A program made the translations under genes and the position numbers. From Octopus vulgaris (taxonomy: Eukaryota): a DNA stretch of 64,000 bases. The DNA is taken from contig OX597818.1 of assembly GCA_951406725.2 (NCBI GenBank), positions 51,894,001-51,958,000 on the forward strand, given 5' to 3'. Under the pieces are notes generated by a model. The model did not search any database. It saw only the letters and a program-made list of their open reading frames with translations, and had not been told where the DNA came from. Below are positions 1-13,229 of this stretch, piece by piece (positions within the stretch are counted from its first letter, which is position 1; every line of letters starts with the position of its first letter).

Positions 1-38
1 TCTATCTATCTATCTGTCTGTCTATCTATCTATCTATA

Positions 39-76
<38 letters not shown>

Positions 77-93
77 GTCTGTCTATCTATCTG

Positions 94-156
<63 letters not shown>

Positions 157-161
157 GTCTG

Positions 162-212
<51 letters not shown>

Positions 213-244
213 GTCTGTCTGTCTGTCCGTCAGTCTGTCTGTCA

Positions 245-276
<32 letters not shown>

Positions 277-310
277 GTCTGTCTGTTTATCTGTGTGTCT
301 GTCTGTCTGC
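1..310. repeat. (TATC)n/(TGTC)n compound microsatellite
   Basis: Direct tetranucleotide repeats. Confidence 0.95.
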
Positions 311-339
311 CTAATAGTAGTAGTAGTAATAATAGTAGT

Positions 340-1120
340 AGTGGTAGTGGAGGTGGTAGTGGTGGTGGTAGTGGTGGTGGTGGTAATGGTGGTAGTGGTG
401 GTTGAGGTGGTTGTAGTGGTGGTGGTAGCGGAAGTTGAGGTGGATGTAGTGGTGGTGGTGGTAGTGGTTGTGGTTGTGGTGGTTGTGGTGGTAGTGGTGG
501 TGGTGGTAATGGTGGTAGTGGTGGTTGAGGTGGTTGTAGTGGTGGTGGTAGCGGAAGTTGAGGTGGATGTAGTGGTGGTGGTGGTAGTGGTTGTGGTTGT
601 GGTGGTTGTGGTGGTAGTGGTGGTGGTGGTAATGGTGGTAGTGGTGGTTGAGGTGGTTGTAGTGGTGGTGGTAGTGGAAGTTGAGGTGGATGTAGTGGTG
701 GTGGTGGTGGTAGTGGTTGTGGTTGTGGTGGTTGTGGTGGTAGTGGTGGTGGTGGTAATGGTGGTAGTGGTGGTTGAGGTGGTTGTAGTGGTGGTGGTAG
801 CGGAAGTTGAGGTGGATGTAGTGGTGGTGGTGGTAGTGGTTGTGGTTGTGGTGGTTGTGGTGGTAGTGGTGGTGGTGGTAATGGTGGTAGTGGTGGTTGA
901 GGTGGTTGTAGTGGTGGTGGTAGTGGAAGTTGAGGTGGATGTAGTGGTGGTGGTGGTGGTAGTGGTTGTGGTTGTGGTGGTTGTGGTGGTCGTGGTGGTC
1001 GTGGTGGTAGTGGTGGTAGTGGTAGTAGTGGTGGTGGTAGTGGTGGTAGTGGTAGTAGTGGTTGAGGTGGATGTAGTGGTGGTGGTAGTAGTGGTTGTGG
1101 TGGTAGTGGTTGTGGTGGTG
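340..1120. repeat. GTG/GTA-rich minisatellite, ~120-126 bp higher-order unit
   Basis: The marker 'gaagttgaggtggatgtag' recurs about every 120 bp (near 431, 554, 677, 803, 926). It explains the poly-Pro/His/Val ORFs. Confidence 0.9.
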
Positions 1121-1351
1121 CTTCTTGAATAACCACCTCATTTAGCAACACTCCATCGATTCACCGTCAAATCTAAGACGGCTACAGAGTTTACAAGCCA
1201 ACGAAAGATCCTGCTAGAAACAGCAACCAATTTTCCCTCAAACCACAAGTTAACTCTTTTAGCGAAAGTAATTAAATACACATTCGGCAATTTATTTCTT
1301 GGAAGCTTTACAATGACAATATGAATCTGGCTAGAATTGTTTTTTATATTA

Positions 1352-1520
1352 GGCGTAGGAGTGGCTGTGTGGTAAGTAGCTTGCTTACGAACCACGTGGT
1401 TTCGGGTTCAGTCCCACTGCGTGGCAGCTTGGGCAAGTGTCTTCTACTATAGCCTGGGACCGACCAAAGCCTTGTGAGTGGATTTGGTAGACGGAAACTG
1501 AAAGAAGCTCGTCGTATTTA

Positions 1521-1602
<82 letters not shown>

Positions 1603-1620
1603 TGTGTTTGTCCCCCTACC
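1352..1620 (+). mobile_element. SINE family A (tRNA-like head, CORE-like box, internal TA/TG microsatellite), 5' part
   Basis: Head GGCTGTGTGGTAAG...GGTTCAGTCCC and CTTGGGCAAGT box; many other copies in the window. Confidence 0.85.
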
Positions 1621-1848
1621 CCTCTCTCTGACATCACAACTCTCATTAGGCGTCATTAAGAAGAATGTAATATTTTGACTTTATTATTTAAATTGGATCT
1701 GGTCTAATCAGGATCCTTCACAAGTGGTCTCTGAGAGAGAGGTTAAGTATTTTACCCTTTGCCTGTTCAAAGCATTTTCATAAGATTTTCTTCTTAACGG
1801 ATTAATAATATTTGTTCTATTAAATTATGATTGGTTAAATAAAATAAT

Positions 1849-2440
1849 GTTTCTTTATTAGCCACACAGGGCTGCACACAGACGGGACAGATTACAAAGT
1901 AGAGCTTTTCTTTTGGAGAGAAAGAGAGAAAAAAAAGTGGGATTGGTTTTCGATTAAAAGGGGTCGTAAAAGGGAAAGAAAAAAAGGAAAGAAAGAAAAA
2001 AAAGAAAAAAGGGAAAGAAGAAAAAAAAGGAAGAAAAAAGAAAGAAAACGATCAATAGGGATCGTGTATCACAGAAATGCCATGATGTAAAGTGTAAAGG
2101 GGGAAGCAGATAAGGTTTATCCACGGAAAGAAAAACCTACGGAAAATACCACGGTAACCTCGTCAATATTATTACATGTTACCACATTTGTTTGCAAGCA
2201 GGTAACCCTCTGTTTCAAATTTTTCCAGGTTCATAGGATTATGCTCATTCATACGTGCCATCGTCATTCATACGTGCCATCCTTGCTATATATTTTTTTT
2301 GAAACATTCGCCTCTCTACTCTCACTTTCCTTTTCAAGTGGTACTTGAAGAAGTTGAAGAGTGATTGACCAGAGAGGAAAGTTTTTCTCTCCAATCCTTT
2401 CAGACGCGTAACAAATAATATCTCAAGGGTTTTCTCAGTC
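1849..2440 (-). mobile_element. 3' end of a non-LTR retrotransposon (L1/Tx1-like C-terminus plus 3' UTR)
   Basis: Minus-strand peptide RLKGLERKTFLSGQSLFNFFKYHLKRKVRVER, then a pyrimidine-rich UTR ending CTGTGTGGCTAATAAAGAAAC. A second copy of the 3' end lies at ~50984-51110. Clade assignment is from recall only. Confidence 0.55.
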
Positions 2441-2656
2441 CGCTTCGTACTCTCAGCGGACAACATGGAAAAGACGTTGCTCCAGAGGATGGCCAGCTAT
2501 CTGCCTGCAATATCTTCTATTCACCTGACTATACGACAGTAAAACAAGCTTAAATTCTTATACTGATCTATCTTTTCTGGGTTTATGACAGCCGTAGATT
2601 CAGTCATGCTATCTTTAATACATTCTCCAGGAAAACGTTTATTATAGTCAGCAATT

Positions 2657-3081
2657 GGATCTTTTCGGTTTGAACGGCAGTTTTTTAATATAATTTCCAC
2701 GTAACTAAACAATTTTAAACTTCGTATACTGGTAGAATGTGTTTATAAAACATCTTTTTCTCTTGGCTTTATTGAGAAAATTATATAGTTTGTAAGATAT
2801 TTGTTGTTTTTTTCTTCATTTTCTGCAATTTCAACCAATCAATGACGTCTATTGAGGTGAAAACATTCTGTGCCGCATGAACATGTCCCTCGTTTAAGAA
2901 ACAGATTGGGTTTATTTACATTTGTGAAGAAAAAAAGATACCCTTCCCCCACCCCTAACCCTAACTAACCCTAACCCTAAAACAAATTGAAATACAATAG
3001 ATCGATACTAGGGTCATAATTATGGGTGACAATTTCATATGACACCGCCAGAAAAAACTGCCGATTAAACCGAAAAGATCC
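2657..3081. mobile_element. Non-autonomous DNA transposon (MITE), Merlin-like
   Basis: ~30-bp TIRs GGATCTTTTCGGTTTGAACGGCAGTTTTTT / AAAAAACTGCCGATTAAACCGAAAAGATCC; perfect 8-bp TSD CAGCAATT at 2649-2656 and 3082-3089; termini begin GG. Confidence 0.85.
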
Positions 3082-3883
3082 CAGCAATTTTATGAGCAAT
3101 AATGTAGCTAAGTTTAGTGATACAGTCATAAGTAATAAAACCAAATCATTTTCCTCAACATTCAGTCCTACTTCTTTATATTTGTTTTATCAATTCACCA
3201 ACTTCTTACCTTCTTGCTTCGGTTGAGCAATTTACATATTCTTTTGCATTTTTGGTATCAAAGTGATACGCCAATTCTTTTAATATTGACATTTTGTTGA
3301 CACATGATACAAATTAGATAACTGTTTATGTCAACGAAAACAGAAACATTTGTATTTCCACTCTCCGTTGAACACTTCAAATTCAAATGGTTAATCTCTC
3401 TGACTAGTTTTCAAATTCATTACACGAAGACTATACAAATATATACAAGACCTGTCAAAGGAGAATGAACTGAAGAATCTACAGCCATCTAATTACACTA
3501 AAGTAACGAACCCAAGTGACAGACTTTCAGAATATAGGGAAAAAACGTAGTTATTATTTCTAAAACTCAAATTAGGTTTCAAAATAAGGCCCCATTCTCA
3601 TTCATAACCCTTCATTTAATTTTAAAATAAGATAATTATGGAAGCTACAATTACAATATAGGATTTTTAGATAATGAAAATACGAACCACGAACGGCATA
3701 TAATAAAATTGATAATGCCAAACCTGGCAACGCCTAGACTAGAGATGGGGAACCTGCGGCCTTCTGGGTCAACAAGAGCGGCCTTCTGCAGCCATTGATG
3801 TCAGTGTTAACATATATATTTTTTAAGATCTTGATTTTTTTTTGTATATTGTTTTTATGCATAAATTTACAATACATACACAC

Positions 3884-3957
<74 letters not shown>

Positions 3958-4210
3958 ACATAGATGAGTGGAAAATAGCTGTGTTCAGTGATATCACTCC
4001 CAGAAATTGGGAGCATTTTTCTATGAACCTAATGAATATAAACTTAAAGCAACATGGTTATAGAGGCAACATTTCCTTGTCAGTCGCACCAGCCTAGTGA
4101 GAGTGAGTGACCTCGGATATTTCAACACTCAAAATTCCAAAACATTTTGATCTGATACGATCACTTACTATTTAATCTGATCATTAACTGGAAATATAGA
4201 AATAAGAGTG

Positions 4211-4560
4211 CAGAGTGTTCGGGCTAAATTTGACAGTTTGCAAGAGAAGAAAATAATATCTTATCTAAGCATAAAAGTATTTTCTTTTCTAAATCAAAAA
4301 AGTATCAACTAGATATTGGGAGATAACAATTAAGTTAAGGTAACCGCTGTCAACTTCCACCACGGCTTCAAGACGGCTCTGAAACTTAGCGCATGCGTTA
4401 TTCGCTCTCTCCTTGCGAAGATTTTCGAAAATCTTCTTGATTATGGCCACCAGTTTGGCCTTGGTGTTGCAGTCAGAACGATTGACTGTTCACTAATGCA
4501 TCAGGATGATCCAGAAAAAGGAGACACAAAACATCGCCAAATTTAGCCCGAAAACCCTGT
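4211..4560 (-). pseudogene. Tc1/mariner transposase C-terminal remnant with possible TIR
   Basis: Minus strand reads ACAKFQSRLEAVVEVDSGYLN, resembling the mariner/Tc1 C-terminal RL..VV...G motif. TIR-like CAGAGTGTTCGGGCTAAATTTG at 4211. Confidence 0.6.
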
Positions 4561-4562
4561 AA

Positions 4563-5010
4563 GGCGGCGAGCTGGCAGATTTGTTAGCACGCCGGGCGAA
4601 ATGCGTAGCCGTATTTCGTCTGCCGCAACGTTCTGAGTTCAAATTCCGTCGAGATCGACTTTGTCTTTCATCCTTTCGGGGTCGATAAATTAAGTACCAG
4701 TTACGCACTGGGGTCGATGTAATCGACTTAATTCCTTTGTCTGTCATTGTCTGTCCCCTCTATGTTTAGCCCCTTGTGGGCAATAAAGAAATACGTAACG
4801 TTAACACACTGGGCGAAATGCTTAGCTGCATTTCGTCTGGCACTACGTCCTGAGTTCAAATTCCGCCGAGGTCGACTTTGTCTTTCATCCTTTCGGGGTC
4901 GATTAAATAAATACCAGTTATGTACTGGGGTCGATCTAATCGACTTAATCCCTTTGTCTGTCCTTGTTTGTCCCCTTTTTGCTTAACCTCCTGTGGGCAA
5001 TAAAGAAATA
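4563..5010 (+). mobile_element. SINE family M (Meta-domain-like), tandem dimer
   Basis: GGCGGCGAGCTGGCAGA head, GAGTTCAAATTC B-box-like motif, and GACTTTGTCTTTCATCCTTTCGGGGTCGAT...TACCAG central domain, twice. Confidence 0.85.
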
Positions 5011-5919
5011 AATATTACATTTTGTTTCCATTCTGCAAAGAGAGGTTGAAAAGGTATATCTTTGAATTTTAAAAAAACTTCACGTGGGCCGCATAGGCCG
5101 AACTTGTTGGCCGCATGTGGCGCGATGGTCGTGGTTTGCCCATTCTTGTTCAGCTTTGCCGTTCATCACCGATCTAGTACTGGAATCGATGATATCGATT
5201 AATCACCCCCCCTCCTCAAACTTGCTGGCCTTCTGTCAAAATCAGAAAACGTTGTTATTGTTGTTGCTATTGTTGTTGTTGTTTATGTCCGACTTTTTCC
5301 TTTTCCTTTTCCTTTTTCTTTCTCCTTTTTCTTTCTTCTTTTCATTCATCGACTCTGTCTGACATTGCAAATTACCAAAACAACACCCTACAAACACACA
5401 CACACGCAAAAAAAGTACAAAAACACACGCACAGATGCATACACACAGATGCATCCACGTACTCACATACACACACAACATTCACACACACACACACGCA
5501 CGCACACACACACACACACACGCGCAAAAACGTACAAAAATACACGCACAAACATGCACACACACACAGATGCATACACGTACTCACATACACACACAAC
5601 ATTCACACACACACACACACACAGGCAAAAACACACGCACAGACATACACATACAGATGCACATAAGTACTCACACACACACACACACGCGCGCGTAAGC
5701 ATACAAACACACACACAGCATTCACACACACACACACAAACAAACCTACATACACACACCCATACACATATACATAACCCTTGAACAAAACTAAGCAAGC
5801 AGAAAAAAAACAAGGAAAAACATATACATACACAAACACAAAAAAAATATAAATAGTAAAATGAAAAAAAAAATGAGGAAGGAAAAAAGAAAAAAATAAG
5901 ACGAAAGATGATGATGATA

Positions 5920-5950
<31 letters not shown>

Positions 5951-6194
5951 CTACGACGACGATGATGATGACGATAGTGACGAGGATGATAGGACGATAA
6001 TTATGATGGCGGCGGTGGTGGCGGCGCTCGAGCGCTGGAAAGGAGTAAAGAAAGAAGGAAAGAAAGAAAGGAGGAAAGAAAGGAAGGAGGAAAGAAAGAA
6101 AGAAGGAAAGAAAGAAGGAAAAAAAAGCAGGAAAGAAAGAAAGGAAGGAAGGAAGAAAGAAAGAAAGAAATGAAAGAAAGAAAGAAAGAAATGA

Positions 6195-6237
<43 letters not shown>

Positions 6238-6660
6238 GAAGAAAGAAATGAAAGAAATGTGCCATCATCGCTGGATGTGATTGAAAGCTATTAGAAATGT
6301 AACTTCAAATGAAGAGCGGACAGCAAGGCCCGGTAATAGTGACTGGATAAAAAAAACAACAAAAATCAAAACAAAACGAAAACAAAAAACAAACAAAAAC
6401 AAACAGAAACAAACAAAAGACAATCAAACAAACAACAAAAACAACAAACAACGTAAGACGTCTCAAACACACAAGTTTTATTAAACTGTAAACTCTCTAT
6501 AAAAGAGATTTCTGCCGTTTTTCTTCTTTTTTTTTTTTTCCATTCCATTCCTCGCCAAAAGGTTGCAACCTCGACAGACAATAGTTTCAAAAAAGAGTCG
6601 GTCGAACAAACAACTCAAAAGTGATAAAGTCTGCTGCTGGGGCCGCTACTACTGGTAGTG

Positions 6661-6701
<41 letters not shown>

Positions 6702-6714
6702 TGTTGTAGTAGTA

Positions 6715-6845
6715 GCAATGGTGGCGGTTCTGGCAGTGGTGGTGGCGGCGGCGTTGGTGTTGTTAATGACGCTGGGCATCGATAGTGGAGTGACGGCGCT
6801 CGAAGTAGTAGTCGTGGTAGTGGTAATAACAGTTGATTGAAGTAA

Positions 6846-6887
<42 letters not shown>

Positions 6888-7010
6888 CAATGGTGGCGGT
6901 TCTGGCAGTGGTGGTGGTGGCGGCGTTGGTGTTGTTAATGACGCTGGGCATCGATAGTGGAGTGATGGTGCTCGAAGTAGTAGTCGTGGTAGTGGTAATA
7001 ACAGTTGATT

Positions 7011-7014
<4 letters not shown>
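6715..7014. repeat. Tandem duplication (~171-bp period) between (TAG)n tracts
   Basis: 'agcaatggtggcggttctggcagtgg...aacagttgattgaagta' occurs twice, from ~6715 and ~6886. Confidence 0.9.
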
Positions 7015-7068
<54 letters not shown>

Positions 7069-7703
7069 CAGTAGTAGTAGTAGTAGTAGTAGTAGCAGTA
7101 GTAGTAGTAGTAAATATTGTTGTTGTAATAGCGGTGGTGGTCGAGGTCGTTGTCGCCGTTCTGGTAGTGGTGGTTGTCGATAACGGTGAATCGTAATGGC
7201 GACAATACGTAATGCATTAAAAAAAAAAAGAAAAGAGAAAGTAAAAAAAAAGCAAACAGGAATAAAATGATGACAACAACAACAAGAGTAATAAAAAAGA
7301 AAAAAGAAATAACTCTCTGAGTTCGGGACATAAAAGACTTTCACTTTTTGGTCGATCTGACTGTGAGCTTTCATGCCAAAGTCTGAGAAAAATCACTCCG
7401 CGAGTGCCCCAGCATGGCTGCGGTTTAATGACTAAGACAAGTAGAAGATAAAAGATACTCGGTTTTGCGGTTTAGGAGGACGTTATTATATCAACACCAG
7501 ACCTCCATTTGTACTGTTGTTAAACTGGGGGACAAAATTTAAAAAAAAATGAAACGCGACCTCAGTAGGTATCGAACTCAGAAGTGATTAAAAAAAAATG
7601 CCGCATAGTATATTCTATGATGCTTTGCGCCGATTCTCTCTGTCGACAGCTTTGCAAAAAAGAAAGACAGTTTCTAACGGAGACACAAAACCGTAAATTT
7701 TAA

Positions 7704-7955
7704 TACTCTTTTACTCTTTTACTTGTTTCAGTCATTTGACTGTGGCCATGCTGGAGCACCGCCTTTAGTCGAGCAAATCGACCCCGGGACTTATTCTTTG
7801 TAAGCCTAGTACTTATTCTATCGGTCTCGCTTTTGCCGAACCGCTAGGTTACGGAGACGTAAACACACCAGCATCAGTTGTCAAGCGATGTTGAGGGGAC
7901 AAACACAGACACACAAAAATACACACACACACACAAAACCATATACATATATATT
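7704..7955 (-). mobile_element. SINE family A, 3' half
   Basis: (ACTCTTTT)n tail, CAGTCATTTGACTG hairpin and GCCATGCTGGAGCACC match other copies. Confidence 0.85.
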
Positions 7956-8490
7956 TTTTCACATATCCCCTTTGGGAACTGGAAAATGTGAAGGCGCGTG
8001 GCTTAGTGGTTAGGGTGACGTAATCACCGTTGTAAGATCTTAGTTTCGCTTCCGGCGCTTAGCGGTGCATGGTGTTCTTGAGCAAAAGTTCACTCAGCTG
8101 TATGTGAGTGACGCCCACGACGGGATGCGGCATATCGTTTGAGGTGGGATTTGTGATCTCGGTTACTTATATGCCAGGGAAACCGAGTATCCGGCCCTAC
8201 GAATTCTAAGAGTCAAGATCATAACAGCACTTTACTTATTTATGCCTGTTGAGGGTCGAAAAAAAGATACCAGCCAAGTACTGGCTCGATGTAATAGACT
8301 CGTCCCCACCCCTCAATAATTACTGGTCCTGAACCCTGCAAAGGACCGGCGTCCGATTCAAGGGAATGGTGTGATCTCACTGACTTGTAGCCATAGAAAC
8401 CGGGCAACCTATGAGGACTAAGGGTAAAAAAATAATAAAATATAAATAGAAAAATACAAACATACACATACATAATACATACATACAAAG

Positions 8491-8649
<159 letters not shown>

Positions 8650-8771
8650 TATATACATGAGTAAATAGTCCTCTAAATTACGCAAAAATGAAAGTAACAC
8701 TCACGACTCATTTTAACAAATATATTTACCAAAATTACATGAAAATATCTTGAAATACTAAAAAGTCAATT

Positions 8772-9480
8772 TATTCAATAAAATCACCATTGGCTTCAAC
8801 CACGGTCTCCAGACGACTTCGGAATCTCCTGCAGCTCTTCTGGACAGTCTCCTTGTTTAAGTTGGTGAATGCTGCCAAAATCCCTGCTTTTAGTTCATCT
8901 TTGGTGTTACAAGGAGTTTTGTTGGTCTCTCACTCAACTGAGCCCTCTTATATGATAATCAAGGGGGTTGCATTCTGGCGACTTAGGTGGCCAGATTTTA
9001 GGGGTGACGTGGTTGCAGAAATTGTCTGAGAACCATAACTGGGTTCTCCTGCTCGTGTGGCATGGTCCAGAGTTCTGTTGCCTGACTCAGGGTCTTCCAG
9101 CAGCCACCCTCTTGACACATAACACGGTCTTTCCCTTGTCTTTGATGGCTTGGGATAAAAATTGGCCCTTTCTCATCTTGTATAAGGAATACCGAATGTC
9201 TTCATGCCCTACCTGCCTGATAAGAAACTCAGATACTCCCTTGTCCCTGGCGATGGACCTAATTGACTTGGGGGGATCATTGTCAAGAATGACCTGGATT
9301 TCACCAGCAAATTCAGGAGTTATTTTCTCATCAGAATGATCGGAGTGCGTCTTCCGAGCTGCCATAACTTCGTAACTACTATTACACTCATCCAACTCTT
9401 TTCGAATCCTCTGCATTGTCCTCAGATTGACACCCAAACACTCTGAAATGTTCATATTGCAGCTTCCGTCGCGAATACCA
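8772..9480 (-). pseudogene. Degenerate Tc1/mariner-superfamily transposase
   Basis: HTH-like NISECLGVNLRTMQRIRKEL (ORF 9087-9455). Further 3' on the minus strand: QQNSGPCHTS, WPPKSPECNPLDY and CRRFRSRLETVVEANGDFIE*. Frameshifted and internally deleted. Confidence 0.85.
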
Positions 9481-10785
9481 GTCGCTATGAGGTACCTTAG
9501 GAAAGTAACTACTGTTATAGCCCTGAGTCAATCAAAGCCTAGTGAGAGGATTTGGTAGGCAGAAACTAAAAGAAGCTCATTATGTATGTATGTATGCACA
9601 CACATACACACACACGTGTGTGTGTGTGTGTGTGTGTTTGTTTGTTCCTCATCAATGCTTGACAACCGGCATTGATGCATCCTAGTAATTTAGCGGTTCG
9701 GTAAAAGGCACCAATGAAATAAGTACCATGTTTAAAAACTAAGTGTTGGGATTGATTCGTTGTACCCAAACCCTCCAAGACGGCCCTTTAGCATGGCCAC
9801 AATCCAATGACCGAAACATAAAAAAATAAGAATAAAAAAAACATAAGAAATAGAGATAACGTAGCGCTGCGGACGACTGGTCAAATTTCAGTATTTCCAG
9901 TTCCGGCCGGTTCTGCAGGCCGGAACTTCTCATAGATTTCATTTATTTTCCTTTATTTTCCTTCCTTTTTATATTTCGAAAAACTGAAACTGTAAAAAGA
10001 CGAGCGAATCGATATACCACAGAGCAAGGCAATAACGATATCAAGTACATATTACAGGGATACGACTGATACTAATCTCGACGCCTCCAGAGATTAAATA
10101 AAAAATGGCAACAACGATATCATTGATCTTTTTGTTATGTTATCTTTTCAAGAGAGACGACGTTTAGGAGAAGCACAAAGGTAACACCACCATAGTATAT
10201 CTCATACCTTTTTATTCCTTTATTCACAGACTTATTTACGTATTTATTGAATAACCGAAGTTCAGGAAGACAGTCTATAATTGACTTCCCACCCACCTCA
10301 CATCTCTCGCCATTTTCTTCATTTTTTTTCTTCTTTTATATATTTCCTTCTTTCTTATTTTCGTACAAAGTTTCATTCTTTCCTTCCTTTTTACGTATTT
10401 TTGCCCTCACCTCTACTACTACTACTACCACTACTGTTACTACTACTACTACTACTACTACTATTACTGTATAAACAGACACACGCTACTTTCCTCTGTG
10501 TAATCAGACGACTGAGACGGTTTCGCGACAGAGCTGCTTAGAAGAAGCATCAACTCTATTCTAGACGCTTTCTAACCGTGGCACTTCTTATCATTTTGCT
10601 TTGAACTACATGCTTTCCTAAACCTTCCATAGCAACTTACACTCGGCGTGGAATGATTTGCTTGCTTTCTGCTAATGTATGCCTATATGTATATACACTC
10701 ACAAACATACAAAGAAAAAGATAAAAAAAAGAAAACAAAAATACACTTATGCACAAATACGTGTGTGTGAGTAAGTGTATATAAG

Positions 10786-10866
<81 letters not shown>

Positions 10867-11639
10867 GTGTATATATATATATACACACACACAGATAGAT
10901 AGATACACATATATATATATATACATTCACACGCATCATATATAGATTCCCACAGACACACATACACACACACAATTATGTGTACATATAGATTTAGAAC
11001 TATATAAAGTAAACGTTATATATATATATACATACATATATATATAAACATATATATATATATATATGTAAGCATATATATATATGTAAATATATATATA
11101 TACATATATATGTGTGTATGTATTTGTGTGTATGTCTGTCTATGTACATATATATGTGTGTGTGTGTATGTATAAGTATATATATATATGTGTTTGTATA
11201 AAGATATAAATATATGTGTATGTATGCGTGTGTATATATACATACACTCATATATATATGTATGTATTTATATATGCATGCACACAATCACACACATACA
11301 TCAAAGCACATACACTTGCAAATATACATACATATATTCATATGTACACATCACCGACCTTTCTACACAGTTACATTTTATATATATTTGTGTTTATATG
11401 AGTATGTGCATGCGTGTGCGTGCGTATATTTATGTACATATCTGTACGGCCATATATAAATATATGTGCAAGGTGTAAGCAGGTGTGTAGATATTTCGAG
11501 AGACACAGTGATAAGAAGATGAATGTATATAAAAATATTATTTACTGTTGCATAATGTTACTGACCAAACAGTACGTTGAACATTCAGTTAAATGTTTCT
11601 ATCTAGCGTGTAATATTATTTTCTTTATTTAGTAATTAT

Positions 11640-11935
11640 TTCTTATTTATTTATGCGTTCATGGGCCTAGTTTCCCGGTTTCTATGGCGTATGCGTTCCC
11701 CCCAAGTGGACGGGACGCCAGTCCATCGCAGTGTTACTCAAGAAACAGGGAGAAAGAGTGAGAGAAAGTTGGGGCGAAAGAGTACAACAGGGGTCGCCAC
11801 TACCCCTTGTCGGAGCCTCGTGGGCCTTTAGGTGTTTTCACTCAATAAACACACACAACGCCCGGTCAGGGAATCGAAACTGCGTTCCTCCGACCGTGAG
11901 TCCGCTGCCCTGACCACTGGGCCATTGCGCCTCAA
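11640..11935 (-). mobile_element. SINE family B (tRNA-like head) with V-domain-like tail
   Basis: Head GAGGCGCAATGGCCCAGTGG on the minus strand; GCGATGGACTGGCGTCCCGTCC; flanking TTATTTAGTAAT direct repeat (TSD). Confidence 0.85.
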
Positions 11936-12090
11936 CTTATTTAGTAATAACTGAAATCAAATCGGGTACGTACTCATTTGAACTCAGACTGCAGAGCCGG
12001 AACAAACAAGGTATTTTGTGCTACAATCTGATGATTCTACCAATCTTTCGCCTTTTAGAGTTCATAGTCTTTACCGTGACTGCCGAATCC

Positions 12091-12162
<72 letters not shown>

Positions 12163-12351
12163 TTCTTAGAATAAAAAGGATGTTTACATTTTCAAATACT
12201 CAGGGATAAAGGAAAGGATAGGTATTCACAGAAGTTGTAGATATTAAAGTTTAAAAAAAAATTTAAGATGATCGTTTGTGTGTTCGGAAATTGTAGATAT
12301 GTAAGTTTCCTAACTTATTTTGAGGGAGATTTAAAATACTCACAGGAAATT

Positions 12352-12882
12352 GTAGATCACATACCCGAAGGCATCATCGAAAATGATAATGTAAAGATCC
12401 TGTGGGATTTTATGATTCAGCGCGACCATGAGTTAGAGAATAGGAAGCCAGACATAGTCTTAATTGAGAAAGAAAGCAAACGATGCTGGATCATAGATAT
12501 AGCTTGCCTAGCTGACAAGGTATGTGATAAGGAAGAAAGAAAAGTCGATAGATATGACAGGTTAGCTTGGGAAGTTAAGCAGTTGTGGTCGATGAAAAAG
12601 GTAGCAGCAGTACCAATAATTCTCGGAGCCCTAGGAACAGTTAACAAAAATCTCGAGAAGCACGTGAAACAAATAGGGGCTGCAATAAAGGTAGAGCACT
12701 TGCAGAAAACAGCACTACTTGGAATCGCTCGAATACTCCGGAAGGTGCTCGAAAAATAAGACGAGGTAACCTTAGTTCACTGGTAGTGAAGAGCTGACAC
12801 CGTAGTATATCTTCAGCGTTAGAAGCTGTGCAAAGGCAATAATAATAATAATAATATTAATAATAATAATAACAATAATAAC

Positions 12883-12915
<33 letters not shown>
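12352..12915 (+). mobile_element. 5'-truncated R4/Dong-like non-LTR retrotransposon (RLE domain, 3' UTR, (TAA)n tail)
   Basis: ENDNVKILWDF..Q.DH....RKPDIVL...WIIDIA...KEERKVDRY...VPIILGALG...LQKTALLG.ARILRKVL* matches the restriction-like endonuclease C-terminus. It ends in (TAA)n, the known Dong target. Confidence 0.9.
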
Positions 12916-13097
12916 CACAAGACCTGAAATTTTGGAGTAGGGACTAGTCGATTGCATCTACCGCAGTACTCAAGTGGTACTTATTTTACTGACGCCAAGA
13001 GGATGAAAGGCAAAGCTAACCTAGGCAGAATTTGAACTCAGAACGTAAGGCCAGAAGAAATGTTGCCAGACATTTTTTCCGGCATGCTAACGATTAT

Positions 13098-13128
<31 letters not shown>

Positions 13129-13229
13129 GATAATTTAGCCAACAGCTAAATTCTTCTTTCTTACATGTACCTCATTTAGTATCCTGCTGTCAAGATACAT
13201 CAGATCAGCAGTCACCCTTGAATCCGAAG

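Noticed and set aside
267-1151. Long Pro-, His- and Val-rich ORFs
   Set aside because: They are translations of a GTG-rich minisatellite that is open in several frames; there is no domain evidence.
2953-2980. True telomere
   Set aside because: Only about four CCCTAA units, inside a TIR element.
9899-9927. 10-bp GC hairpin AGTTCCGGCC/GGCCGGAACT
   Set aside because: An isolated short stem with no contextual support.
10641-10668. 28-nt minus-strand micro-exon candidate (CAG...GTAAGT)
   Set aside because: No polypyrimidine tract and no supporting homology.
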